Source: Paraspadella gotoi (taxonomy: Eukaryota > Animalia > Chaetognatha). From it: DNA of 64,000 bases. The notes beneath the pieces were generated by a model that did not search any database, was not told where the DNA came from, and saw only the letters and a list, made by a program, of their open reading frames with translations. The stretch lies in assembly GCA_051294375.1 (NCBI GenBank), contig CM119269.1:22242327-22306326 (forward strand). The letters run 5' to 3'. A program made the position numbers and the translations under genes. Every line of letters begins with the position of its first letter. Position 1 is the stretch's first letter. This document shows, in pieces, positions 25,190 through 38,241 of this stretch.

Positions 25190-25195
25190 AATAAA
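25190..25195 (+). promoter_or_regulatory. Candidate polyadenylation signal of the channel gene
   Basis: AATAAA ~175 nt after the TAG at 25013-25015. Confidence 0.45.
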
Positions 25196-27148
25196 GTATC
25201 AACGATTATTTAAACAAGCTTTCAAAGTGATATCATCGCGTATTCTAAATTCTTATGTTTGTTTTTGAGCTAAAATAATTGACTTATTTTCAGTCTGTCG
25301 ATGCTACTATAGTTTAATTACATGCAAATTATTCAGCTGCATCACGATTAGGTTGACCTATAAATTTGGTTTTCTTTATGCGCCATAAGAAAATATATCT
25401 ATCATTTCAATATACAATTTTGTCAAATTAAACTTTCTAAATCTATTTTACCTTAAATCGGGAAAAATCTTTATATATCCATGGATGAAAACAATTTTTT
25501 TCAGCTAAAATAGTCATTAGCCAATTGTGCAAAAAGAGGTTAATATTGGTGCACATTGTTCAACGTGCCTAAGCTCACGGGTTTATTTTTACATTGTTAT
25601 TGTTTGAACATTGATTTTTTTGTAATTCATGTGTAATCTTAAAATTATTAACTTGCGACAAATAATTTTTCTGTAAAACAATTTGAAAAACGTTTTTTTT
25701 TAACTTTTTATCATATTCTTTATGATATTTTATTAAAGTAGCTTGTGCAAGACTATTTGGCTTAATAAGGTCTTAATGGTGCCCTGTCACTGAAATGATA
25801 CTTTTGAATGTCTTGCTGCTGGAAACTCCTTAAATAAAACTTAAAAATTTAGTTCTGTTTCAGTTTCGAAACAAACTGTAAATAGTAAATTAATTTATTT
25901 GTATTTATTGCATAAAAAAACATTTAAGCACAAAGAAATAATCAGAGAAAAGTCGCTTGCAATTTTGTTTGTTTATTTTGCTAAACGCAATCGAATCTGA
26001 ACAATTTTATTCTAAATATATATATATTTTTTTATATAAAAAAATATGCGTGAGCATGATCAATTAATCCATCGTTCAATTTTTTTGTTTTTAATTAGAA
26101 AATTTTTTTTTGTTTTTTTGACAATCGATCCCTTCTTATCTCTTCTCATGCTCACAATGAACGATTGAATTGTTAAATTAATATGATTTATTTGGCGAAT
26201 TATTCATAATTAAAAGTTCAATTTTTTGCATTGTTTTAATCATGATCGCAAGAAGGCGCTACAAGCACATTGTCTCTCGCATGCGCTTCAACATCGTTTT
26301 GTAGAAAATAAAAAAAAAACAAAAAAACAAAACGACATCTGGAGTTTATTTTTATCTTTTAAAAAAAGAGAGATATTGAGACATTTGCTAAAAAGCTTGA
26401 GGAAAGATTTGGGGAAAGATTTGAGGAAAGATTTAGGGAGATTAGAAATAATAGTAGATATAGCAAGATGATACTTATGTAGAAGAAAGAAGCAAAAAGA
26501 AAGTGTAAGAAATAACCGTCTCGCTCTCTCTATTAATAAGGATAACAAAGTTTTTTTCTCTGCTTTATTTTGATCATCACCGCGATCGTAATCTCTTTTG
26601 GCACAAGTGTCGGCGGCCGCGAAACGAATCCAAATGCAAATCCAAATCCCCCTATGTCTATTGTCTAAGGAGGAAGCGGTCGAAGGCGATGACTGTATTC
26701 AAGTAATAAGTATTTGAATAATGATATTTCTGGAATGAATATTATATGAGATATCATACTCATTTGAACTAAATTAAAAAACTACAAAACTACATAAGAA
26801 CCCAAGGAAACAATGATATTATTTTAATCCTGGATTTTTTTTAGACTTGTTTAGTTTATTCATTTAATAAATGGTTAATTTTTTATATTAGATGTACTAA
26901 TTTCATTACTATAAATATACTATAATATATTATTTAGATACGATGACGTCAATGGAATCACCACCTTGAAAAACTTGATGTCAGGTTTATGAGAAATGAG
27001 AGAGGGATTCCATAAGATTTCATGAGAGATGAGAGAGAGATTTTATAAGATTCCATAAGATTCCATAAGATTTCATGAAAGATGGATTTAATTAAGGAAG
27101 ATCATAAAAGATGAGTCACCTTTTTGTTTCTTTACCCATACTCGGCAC

Positions 27149-27759
27149 TAAGGCATAGTAAAATTTCTAAATTTAACTTTAATTTAAATTCTAAAAGTGA
27201 GGAACGAACAACATTATACTAATGAACATTTATGTAATAAAAAATTTTTAATAAATTTTACAATTTACACAGTAGGCCATATTTATACTAGTACTAAACC
27301 AATAAATGTTAAAATTTCAAAACAGTTTTTTCGAAGATTTTTTTTGCAGATTTGGATTAGTCATTAAAAGTTTATATAAAGAAATATAACTCTTTTAGAA
27401 AAATTCCTTCATTAAGTGGGTCAAAAATTAGAAAAAGCTATATTTTAAGCTGAAAATTATTTTTTTTATATTAAATATAGTTTTTTTAATTTTTAACCCA
27501 CTTAATGAAAGAATTTTTTAAAATGATTGATATTTTCTTTTATCAACTTTTAACGAGGAATTCAAATCTGCAATCAAAATTAAGAAAAGCCTATTTTAAA
27601 TTTTTTTTATATTATAAGGATAGTACTATATATAAATATAGCCTACTGCAAAAATTAAAAAACATAAAATTAATTTTTTTTACAAATTAATATTCACTGA
27701 TGGTATGTTGTTCATAATTGACTTTTAGAATTTTCGTATGTAACTTTCACTACGCCTTA
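27149..27759. mobile_element. hAT-type foldback MITE
   Basis: TIRs taaggcatagtaaaa / tttcactacgcctta, a perfect 8-bp TSD ctcggcac (27141-27148 and 27760-27767), and a body that is palindromic around ~27455. Confidence 0.85.
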
Positions 27760-29019
27760 CTCGGCACAGTGATCCAAAAAAATTAAAACCCAATAAAAGG
27801 CACTTTAACAATGAACAATGAACATACGGACATAAATACATATTCAGTAAGGCGGGCCAAAATTGAACATTTTTTATAACTTCTAGTTCTCTCAAAAAAA
27901 ATTTTTTTCCTTCTATTACTAAATCGATTTTCAATGCAACTTTTTGAATTAGTTCAGTGAGTTGCTGCACTGAAGCTTTTAAATATTTATTTATATATAA
28001 CAAATGACAAAAAATTTTTTAAAAAATTAGTTTTTAAGAACGGATTCCTATAGATCTTAAAAAGTTAAATGAAAGTTAGTACGACAATTTTTTCTAATTT
28101 TGTCAATAAATTGGTTAAAAATAGAAAAAACTTAAATAATCATCATCATCATTGGCTGAATTTTATAGTTTTTTAAAATTTTCATTAATAAAACAAAATA
28201 ATTTATTAAGAAAAACGACAGTTTTAAATGCAGAAACAACTGTTTTTAATACAAGATGTACATGTTTCGACTCATTGGTTCGAGTCTTCTTCAGCGTTTT
28301 CATTTTTTATAATTTAAAGAAAAAAAATTCATGTACAACTGTATTTAAGATAAGGAAGTAAAATTAGGTATTCATCATGATGTATTTTCAAGGCCTTTCA
28401 GATGAAACTATTTTCATCATTGTAAGATGATTCATTCACGAGATAATAGACTTACAAGTAATATCTTCTTATTTCTTTATTATTTATATCTTCTATATTC
28501 ATTTATTTTTATAATTGTACAAAATTAGTCAATATAATTTATTAGCATTAAGTCATGCGCCTATCAATAAGCTAAATTTTAAAAATTATTTTCATTTTCA
28601 TAATCTCTAACAGTCACTTAACCATTATTTATTTGAGAGAACTTTTAGTTTTAAACCTGTTCTGGCCTAATATTTAGTCTCAGTTTCCAAAAATTATTCT
28701 CTCTGAAGTTATATGCAAATAGTAGTTAATAGTTTGATTTGGTCTTTTCATGCCAATAATATAAAAGGAAAACAAATTATTTCTGGAAGTAACATAATAT
28801 TTATTTTTATTTTTAAATAAGCACTGATCTTCAGAGACTTCTGTCTCCCTCAAAGGTGCATAACAAAATCTTTATAACGGGTGAGTCTATAAGAGGTTTG
28901 TTTTACCCACATGAGTGGAAGAGAAAAATTATTTGACTTGGTTATGTTAACAGCTCTTTGTCTAGTTTGTTAACAAATTAAAAAAGATTTTCATAATATG
29001 TCACAATGAAAAATATAGT

Positions 29020-29685
29020 AACAAGTTTGAGCAAACAATGTCGGATCTGCCCACGATCATTATCGGTAATTAATTAATTAATAATTAAATTTTTCAAGTT
29101 AATTAATTAATTAATTAGGCAATTAATTAATTAATTTGATCCCAAATGTTTGTTTTTAGGTCTTTTCGTCACTAACCATGACAAAAGCAATGATGATGAT
29201 GAGAATAATGCCAATAACGATTGACTTGATTGATTGACTGATTAATTAATTATTGATTAATTAATTGACTAATTGATTAATTAACTGATTAATTATTTGA
29301 TTTATTAATACATACAAAAGGAAAAAGAAGCATAATGAATTAGTGAAACAGGTTTTTTGTTTTTTTCCATTTAAACTCATTTCTACTTGGACGATTCCAT
29401 CGAAACTTCATATCCAGCTCAATCAAACACTTCCCTACCCACACACAAAATTTTATTTAAATCCATCCATCCCATCACGAGTAATTGGTGTTTTTTGCTA
29501 AGGGGGGGCAGACGGACGGACGGACAGACAGACGGACGGACATCATTTTTTTTACATAATTTATCATAATTCGATGTTCTGACATGATATAAGTTAGTGC
29601 CCGACAATATTGAGGGGGCAGACCGACGGACCGACAAAGTGAATTATAGAGTTGGGATCTGCTGATAAGCAGATCCGACTAAAAA
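29020..29685 (-). mobile_element. DINE-1/HINE-like non-autonomous Helentron element, full-length copy
   Basis: Subterminal inverted repeats GTCGGATCTGC/GCAGATCCGAC, a partial IR hairpin next to a T-run end, an internal (GTCY)n microsatellite and a terminal stem-loop acattgtttgctcaaacttgt. Related copies lie at 38242-38530, 49415-49884 and 42585-42612. Confidence 0.75.
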
Positions 29686-31035
29686 CTCATAGAATTTTAG
29701 CCGATTTCAATCAACCAGATTTAATTTCTAATGATACATCTTATCACTAATCAGTTATTAATTAAATCTTATTCGCATTCATCCGCCCTTTTGAAAAATC
29801 CAAAAATACTTTTCATTCAAAAAAAATAAAAAAGAATTTGATATTCTTTAGATATTACTCTATGATTTTCGGATCTTGAATAGCTTAGCACTCTTTTAAA
29901 ACCAATAAGGAGAAATATTAAGTTTGGTCAATTTCTCTTATTTCGATTATTTTTTAATAGAAAACCTCTTACAAGATGTGAGAAAATGATTAAGATACAG
30001 TAAATTAAGATTTCTACAATTTTAGGTTGAGTGATCCCTGGCAAATAAAAATGACAAATCAAAAGTCATTTACTACCATAAATGATTTTTTTAAGAAACA
30101 AATTTGTCGGTTAATGAATTTTTTCTCCATATTTTTTCAAATAAATCTTAAACATTTGAACCTTTTCTAACAACCTCATAGGACATCTGTAATAATCAGC
30201 ATACGAGAAAAACTTGTTTTTCCCCCAAAAAAGAAATTTTAGGCCAATTGGATCACTGTGCTTGGTTTCAATCAAATCCAGACATCGAGGTTATCGTGTG
30301 GCTTAAAAAAAAACAGGGTAATCGACGGGAAGTAACATGAAAAGATCATAATTTAAGGAATATTCAACTACTGATAATCCTATATGTAGTCGGGCATTGC
30401 CTAAGTTCACCTCGTCTATAAGCATGATACTTTCAGTTGTGACCCAGTACCGACCCTGCGTCCGTAAACCGCTTTGGATGCGTAGAAATATTAGATAATA
30501 ATAGATAGCAATCTTCAGCCCACTTAGCACCTTATCCACATATATAGTATATACAGACTTCTGAATCATTATTTCCACGTCATCCATACACATTATATTT
30601 AAAAATACGTTTATTTAAGTATTTCTTTCAAACACAACCGATTTATTGGAGTTCTGTAGCAATAGAGATGAAATATAAAATTACCCAAAAAGATCATTAA
30701 AAAATATTTTATTCAACTTTGGCAAATCAAATTATAATTTTGAAAGGTAGTTGGGTTTTTTGTTGTGCCAGTAATCTGGAATGACCATGTACCTTATCTC
30801 TCTTCCTTTTGCCCTCAATCTTCATCTTTCGCTAACTCTATTTTTCGTGGTCATCTACCATTCGCTCCTCCATTCCCTTTCCTTACAATATCGGTTTCAA
30901 ACAAAAAAAAAAGAAATATACTTAATTAAAAATTAAAAAACTCTTCTTTGGAACTCTCTCTCTCTATATATATATAAACTGTCTATCTCTCTGACCTCAA
31001 ACTCTGTCTCTCTCTCTCTCTCTCACTCCACAACA

Positions 31036-31943
31036 ATGAAACGCTATCTCTCTTGGTTGGTCATCTTCGTCGTCGTTGTATTCGGCGAACCTTTTTCAGG
31101 CACCACAACCATAAGGCCCAGACCCAAACCTCGCCCACCTAAAAGTCCCGACGCCTTATTCAATTCCGACCCTCAAACGCGGCCAGACTCCGCCAGCGCG
31201 AGCATCGAAGAAAGCAGCGAGAAAAGCAGCGAAGAAAGCGACGAGAAAAGCAGCGAAGAAAGCGACGAGAAAAGCAGCGAAGAAAGCGACGAGAAAAGCA
31301 GCGAAGAAAGCGACGAGAAAAGCAGCGAAGAAAGCGACGAGAAAAGCAGCGAAGAAAGCGGCGAAAACGGAAAACGCGGGGATCGCGGCAGGGGCGGCAG
31401 CGGCGGCAGCGGCGGCAGCGGCAGCGGCGGCAGCGGCGTAGTTAAGTCCCCATCAGAAGTGGCGGCGGCAGCGGCGGCGACAAAAGCCTTCGAGGCAGCG
31501 GTGAAAACGGGGAATAATCAAAATCTTCATTTTCTTATTTCCTTAAATGGTAATAAGGCGGGCCAAAATTAAGAGTTCTGTAATATAAAATTCAGTTCAT
31601 TTATCAATACACAAAGGCAATGCAAAATTTTTTGTAAACATTTTTTTTAAAAGAACAGATTCAGATACCCCATAAAAAGTTGTCTTCACAAAGTATAATT
31701 CGTTTTTCAATATTTTGATGATAAGTGGGTTAAATAAGGAAAAAACCCTTAAAAATCATCATCATCATCACCATCATAGTTCATACCATAATTATTTGTT
31801 ACTAGGAGATCCTCAAAAGTCGACCGCAGAAAATGCTTCGGCGGTGGCTGCGGCAGAAGAAAAGAAGAAGAGACGCGTTGAAAGACACGTCGTCGTCCGC
31901 CACCGCAGCCGCCGCAGTCGCCGCCGCCGGTGAAGCCAACCTG
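31036..31943 (+). CDS. Orphan secreted low-complexity protein with (EKSSEESD)n repeats
   Basis: Signal peptide MKRYLSWLVIFVVVVFGEPFSG, a Pro/Arg segment, ~6 24-nt repeats and a Gly/Ser block. TATA-like tatataaa lies ~60 nt upstream. It is interrupted at ~31501-31805 (intron or insertion). The C-terminal part matches the paralog's end (..KTRRR..PPP.KPT*) given one frameshift. Confidence 0.75.
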
Positions 31944-32789
31944 ATGACTGAATAATGAAGATATTTAGTAAAGTTTAAAGTAAAGTATAAAAAAGTATAA
32001 AGTATAAAGTATTTCGAATTTCAATTCCTGTGAATCAGTTCATGTTTTAAAGAAATAAGTTTTCACCTAGTTTTTTGCATTTTTTTTTTCATTTTTATGA
32101 AATTGGTACTACCAAAAAATAAAATTATACATTCATTCAGCAAAGAGAATTTGTTTTTATTTCTACGACTATTTTATTTGTAATAGGAACAGACATGTTT
32201 CATTCAATAAATAGGCTATCTTGCCTCCTGACTTTGGACGGGCTATTTCATAATCAAAAAAGAGGTGTTTTTTTTTTTTTAAACTGATATAAAATAGCAA
32301 ATTCAAAAATTCTTATCTGAAAAATCAATTTTTATGAATATATATGGAGCTGACTTCAGTACTGGATTAATTTTTGTTGCTCCTGGATTTTTGTTTATTA
32401 TGGAACTTGTAACTTTTGTTATTGGAAATTATACTCGAGACTCACGAATTACTATTTTTAAATTTTTTTCTATTTTTAAGCTAAATCTGAAAAAAAAAAT
32501 AGCAAGAAAAAATAGAAAGATTAGTAGATAGCAAGATGATTCGTAAAAGAAAGAAGCAAGTATGGTGGACTAAGAGTCATTCGTCAACAGCAACAACAAC
32601 ACTTTCAGGCGACATGCCTCAACCTGGCGATGCACTTTCCGCCATCAACACATCAGGCGACATGCCTCAACTTGGTGACGAACTTTCCACCAACAACAAC
32701 AATTCAATGAAGAGACGCAACAGACTTCTCCCTACGGGAGGGGGGAAGTATGGTGGACTAAAATCCACCAACCGTTCATCAGCGGCCAT

Positions 32790-32935
32790 TGGTGCCGGAG
32801 GCAAGTCATTCGCCTCCCAACCCAAAGGTCCAGAGTTCTAGCCCGGTGGTCGCCCAGCAGTTAAGAGGGACGGGGAGCTTAACCCGCCTGTAACACGGTG
32901 TTACAGCCTGATCCGAAGCTCAGGGACTGCTTACA
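32790..32935 (+). repeat. Dispersed structured ~150-bp repeat (inverted copy at ~48525-48680)
   Basis: ctagcccggtgg...ctgtaacacggtgttacagcctgatccgaagctcagggac is the reverse complement of the 48532-48620 region with few substitutions. Confidence 0.8.
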
Positions 32936-33402
32936 GAAGTAAGTAAAGAAATAAATATTATTAATAAATGAATAAATAACGACTCAAGGTCTTAGGATTA
33001 ACACCGACTAACTCTTCTTCTTCATCCTTTGCTCCTCTAACCTTCCATTTTGTCCTCCCACCTTTTTTTCAGCTCTATTCCACTGACGGTAGGGCAAAGA
33101 GAATGTGAAAGAAACCAAAAAAGTCTCATCTCTGAAACATATAAAATCTTAAAGTATACCGATAAGGCTCTTATTGTGGCAGGTCTGCAAAATCCGATCA
33201 AAGAAAGATTTTTTTAAAAATGCTAATTAAAGTTTTTTGAAAATTGTTTTAAAAAATATTCTAATTGTTAGGGTGAATATGCTTACAATTTGAATTTCCG
33301 TATGTCTATCATTATCTACAAAGCATAAGCTTTAATTTGAGACCTCTCCAAACTTTTTACGATTTTTCGTTATTGTATTATTAATAAAAATTCTAATTCT
33401 TT

Positions 33403-33730
33403 ATGCAAATATATCTTTCCTCTCTCTTTCCCACCGCCCGTTTGATTTAATGTTTCTTCATTTTTAATTTCCGCTCAAAAAGATAAAGATAAACACGAAG
33501 AAAAAGACGATGATGACGAAATAGGTCAATTTGATAAAAGCGACGTAGACATGAATTTGAAACGTAGCAACCAAAGTGTCGGCGGCGAAACCGGAAAAAG
33601 CAGCGGCGAAACCGGTAAAAGCAGCGGCGAGCCCGGCAAAGGCAGCGGCAGCAGAGGCGGCAGGAGTCGAAACAGCGCTGAAGGGCGTCGGGGGCGAGCC
33701 CGCTGGTTGAAATTTTTACGAATGAATTAG
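33403..33730 (+). pseudogene. Third, short member of the secreted low-complexity family with a corrupted signal peptide
   Basis: Reads MQIYLSSLF.., then after a frame break ISAQKDKDKHEEKDDDDE..GGETGKSSGETGKSSGEPGKGSGSRGGR..WLKFLRMN*. Shares the ETG-KSS repeat with the 35463 gene. Confidence 0.5.
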
Positions 33731-34174
33731 TTAACGGAATTATTCAGGGATATAATTAGTATAACTTATAATTATAATTGATTTATCTATGGCCGGACTC
33801 TTTTATAATCCTGCATTTTTTATTTTTTCGAGGAATTTTAAATATTTTTAATTAATGATCGAAAAGTTGTCTTTTTATTGATAAGTTTTAACCTTTTCAT
33901 TTTCTGTAAATTTTGATGATTTATTTTCTCAAATCATAGACATTTATTTGTCAATTGTCATCTCTCTCTCTCTCTCTCTGTCTCTTTTTCTGACACCTTA
34001 TCCTTTCCATACTTCGCTAAGACTCGGTCTACCCGGTCTTTTGATCCTAAACTAACCCCGGCCTAATTAATTAATTAATTATTTAATGGAAACCAAAAAT
34101 TACTTTATACATAACTCTCTCTCTTTCTCTCGGTCTCTCTCTCTCTCGTCATCTCTCATCGTCTCTCAATCTCT

Positions 34175-34219
<45 letters not shown>

Positions 34220-34305
34220 GTCTCTTTCTCCTCTGTCTCTCGTCTCCTCTCTCTCTCTCTTTCTTTCTCTCTGTCTCTGTCTCTCTATCTGTCTCTTTCT
34301 CTCTG

Positions 34306-34359
<54 letters not shown>

Positions 34360-35462
34360 GTCTCTCTATCTGTCTCTTTCTCTCTGTCTCTCTCTCGCAA
34401 TGACGTTAAGGATGTTTCCTCTTAACAAAAATCTCTTCTTTCTCATCTTCATTAGCGTCCTTATTTCTGATAGTTGCCAGCGCCGACGCATATCCCGGTT
34501 CCGACGAAAAACCTGCCGACATGATACTTATATATATATATATATTATATTAAAATATTAAATACTTATATATATATTATTTACATACGATGACGTCAAT
34601 GAACACATAATCTAGAAAAACTTGATGTCAGGTAATTCCTAATGTGAGACGGTTTAATTTAGGGACGGAAGATCATAAAAAGATGAGTCCAATTTTAGTT
34701 TCTTAACCCATTCTCGGCTTCATTAAAATCCAGACATTTAGGGTATCGTGTTGCTTTAGAAAAAACAGGGAAATAACCTGAAAAGGTCATTATTTTAGGA
34801 AAATTCAACTACATATATACAGACTTCTGGGATAATTTATCCCGGGTCATCCATGCATCTTGGATTTAAAAATACTTATTAATACGTACATTTAAATATT
34901 TATTTAAAACCCAACCAATTTATTGGAGTTCCGTAGCAATATAGATGAAATGTAAATAATGCAAAAAAATCGTCAAAAAAAATTATTTTATTTAAATTTG
35001 CCTTTGGCGAATCAAATTGTAAGTGATCATTTTAATGAACGAAGTTGGATTTTTTTACTACAAAATATTAAGCCGGTTTATGTTGTGTCAGTTTTCTCGA
35101 ATGACAATGTACCTTATCTCTCTTCCTTTTGCCCTCCATCTTCATCTTTGGCTATTTTTATTTTTTGTGGTCATTTACCATTCTCTCTTCTGTTTCATTT
35201 ACCTACAATGTCGGTTTCCAACCAAAAAAATAAGAAATATACTTTTAAAATTAAATTTAAAATTAAAACTCCAAAAATTCAACATAAAAAAGCGAAATTT
35301 CTTTGGAACTGTCTCTCTCTCTATCCATAAACTGTCTCTCTCTCAATCCACAAAGTCTGCTTCTTTTTTCTACAATTGTCTCTCTCTCGCTGCGTTACTT
35401 GCTCTCTTTTCGCAAGTCATTCACTCTCTCCTCAAACTCTGTCTCTCTCTCACTCCACAACA

Positions 35463-37673
35463 ATGAAGCGCCATCTCTCTTGGTTCGTCATTTTCTTCGT
35501 CATTGTATTCGGCGAACTTCTTGAAGGCACCCACACTGGAAGCTTTCCTCTCCGGCCTAAAAATCCCGTATGGAATTCCGGCCCTAAAACGCTGACAGAC
35601 TATGACAGTAGGAGCGTCGAAACCGGCGAGAAAAGCAGCGCAGAAAGCGGCGAGAAAAGCGGCGAGGAAATCGTCGAAAATGGAAGACGCAGTGGCGGGC
35701 GGGGAACCAATGGCAGGGACGGCAGCGGGCGCAGGCGACAATGTTAACGGCAGCATCAGAAGTTGCATCGGCAGCAGCGGAGACAATAGACTTAGAGGCT
35801 TGCGTGTGGAAAAAGAAAATGATCAAAAACTACCATATTCCTCATCCTCAAAAGTTAAAACCCGATCCACGGACAAATACAACAGTGGCGGCAGGTGGCG
35901 GAATGGTGGACCATGGGTGGCAATGTGACGCGGTAAGGTGAACGCGACAGTAGGTGGCCAATGTTGGCGGGGGCTAATTGCGGAACATGGCCTCAATGAC
36001 TGGTGCGGCTCCATGTTGGAGGTGCACGACGGTATCGTGACGTTAAATAACCGAGGCAACGGTGAAGTGGGCAAAAATGTTATAAAGAGTGGTGAATGGA
36101 GAATAAGGCAATGATCGCAGTGGCCCTATAAGTTGGCGTGTTCTGGATGCAATGTGAAGTGGCACCTGTCGCAAGGGAGGCAATGTCGAAGTTAGATGGA
36201 AGAGGCGATGATGTGGGCTGGCAATCCGTTGCCACACTATATGCGACATAATGGCAAATCCGGTACCCAAAAACGGTGCCAATGTTTGGCGGTAATGAAA
36301 TGGGCAATGATGGTGGCCAATGTTGGTGGTATGGAAAGTTGCAATCGATGGTGTGCTATGATATGGTTGGATAATAGGAGAATGGATGAAATCGGCGTGG
36401 CTATCGGTTGGAATAGGTTAATGGGAAATGGGGCACATCGGTGCAATGTTGGTGAATAAAAAAAAAAAATGATAATAGGAATGACAATTATAGAGGTAGG
36501 CTAAAAAAAAAAAATGTCAGGTCGGGTAATGGAAATGGCAAAAGACAGTGGTAGCATGTTGCAAGTAATGGAAAAAATGAGCAATGGGAATGGTGGCAAT
36601 ATTGTTTGGTGTAATGGAAATGGCAACCATGGTGGCCAATGTTTCGCGTGGTAATTAGGGATGATGGCAATGATAATGGTGGCTATGTTAGAGGTGATAA
36701 GGGACTGGAAAATAGGCAACAAGTAAGGGGGCAAATGTTGATGTGGTAATGGATAATGGGCAATGATTGGTGGACATAATGATTAGTAGCGTATGGAAAT
36801 GGCAATGGTGGTGGCATAATGTTGCAGTAAACCCGCGTGATGGCAATGTTTGTTGGTAATGGGAAAAAAATTAAGGCAATGATGTGGCTATGTTTGAGTG
36901 GTGAATGGAAATGGCCAATGGTGTGCAATGTTCGGGCTGGGTAATGGAAATGAGCAATGATATTGAGTGGCAAATGTTGCAACCAAGGTTAAATGAAGAA
37001 TGGGCATGTGTGGCAATGTTTGGCAGTAATGGAAATGGCAATGGTTGGTGGCAATGGTTGGTGGTAATGGAAATGGCAATGATAGGTGGCTATGTTCGGT
37101 GTAGATAAGGTGAAATCGGAATGGTAAGTGGCAATGTTGGCCGGAAAGTAATGGAGAATGGCAATGATGGTGGCAATGTTGGCGTATGGAGAATGGCAAT
37201 ATGGTGGCAATGTTAAGAAAAAAGCGGTAATGGAAATGCAATGGTAGGTGGGCAACATGTTTGCAGGGCCGGTTAATGCGAAATGGCGAGATGATAGAAA
37301 AGTGGCAAATGTTGGCAGTAATGGAAATGGCAATGATGGTGGCAATGTTGGCGGTAATGGAAATGGCAATGGTGGTGGCAATGTTGGCGGTAATGGAAAT
37401 GGTAATGATGGTGGCAATGTTGGCGGTAATAGAGATGGAAATGGCAGTGGCAGCGGCGGGGGTAGCCACAGCAGCAACGGTGGTGGCAATGGCGGCAGCA
37501 GCAAAAGCAGCAGCGGGTTTGGAAATGGCGGCAGTGTCAAGAGCGACAGCGGTGGTGTCGCAAAAGGAGCATCTGCAGAGAATGCAGTGGCAGAAGAAGA
37601 AAAAAGGCGCAGAAAAACACGTCGTCCTTCGACACTGCGGACGCTGGCGCCGCCACCACCGCGCCCAACCTGA
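35463..37673 (+). CDS. Paralogous secreted protein with a long Gly/Asn (GGNVGGNGNGND) repeat; the middle is frameshifted in the assembly or decayed
   Basis: Starts MKRHLSWFVIFFVIVFGELLEG..ETGEKSSAESGEKSGEE. About 1.5 kb of indel-ridden ggtggcaatgttggcggtaatggaaatggcaat repeats follow. The clean end reads ..AENAVAEEEKRRRKTRRPSTLRTLAPPPPRPT*. Promoter and 3' flank are collinear with the 31036 gene. Confidence 0.7.
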
Positions 37674-38241
37674 TGAGTGAATAATGAAGATTTTTTCCTC
37701 AAAATCTTTTTTGAGACAAAAGTGATTAGAATTCCATTTCCTGTGAATCAGTTCATGTTTTAAAGAAATATGTGATTATGTGGTTTTTTGGGGTTTTTTT
37801 TTCAATAGTATAAAATAAGTACTACCAATATAAAAAATTATACATTCAGTCAATAAATGGGTTATTTGCCTCCTGTTTCATAATCAAAAAAAGGGTTTTT
37901 TTTAAAACTGATATAAAATAGCAAATTCAAAAATTTTTATCCTAAGAATCAATTTTTATGAATTTAACTAGAGATGACTTCAGTACTGGATCATTTTTTG
38001 TTGGTCCTGGATTTTTGTTTATTATGGAACTTGTAACTTGTTTTGTAATTGGAAATTATACTCGAGACTCCCAAATTACTATTTTTTACTTTTTTCCTCT
38101 TTTTATAATTGAAGCTAAATCTGAAAAAAAGATAGTAAGATAGTAAATAAATAATGACATGTCATGTCTTAGGATTAACTTTTTACTCTTTACAACGACA
38201 AACTCCATTATTCCTTCAACCTTCCACTTTCTCCTCCCCCA

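Noticed and set aside
32536-32841. 101-aa ORF with an internal SGDMPQ repeat
   Set aside because: It has no signal peptide or recognisable domain, and its 3' third lies within a dispersed repeat.
36989-37702. 237-aa Pro-rich and 193-aa Ile/Ala/Thr-rich minus-strand ORFs
   Set aside because: These are antisense shadows of the plus-strand Gly-Asn repeat gene.
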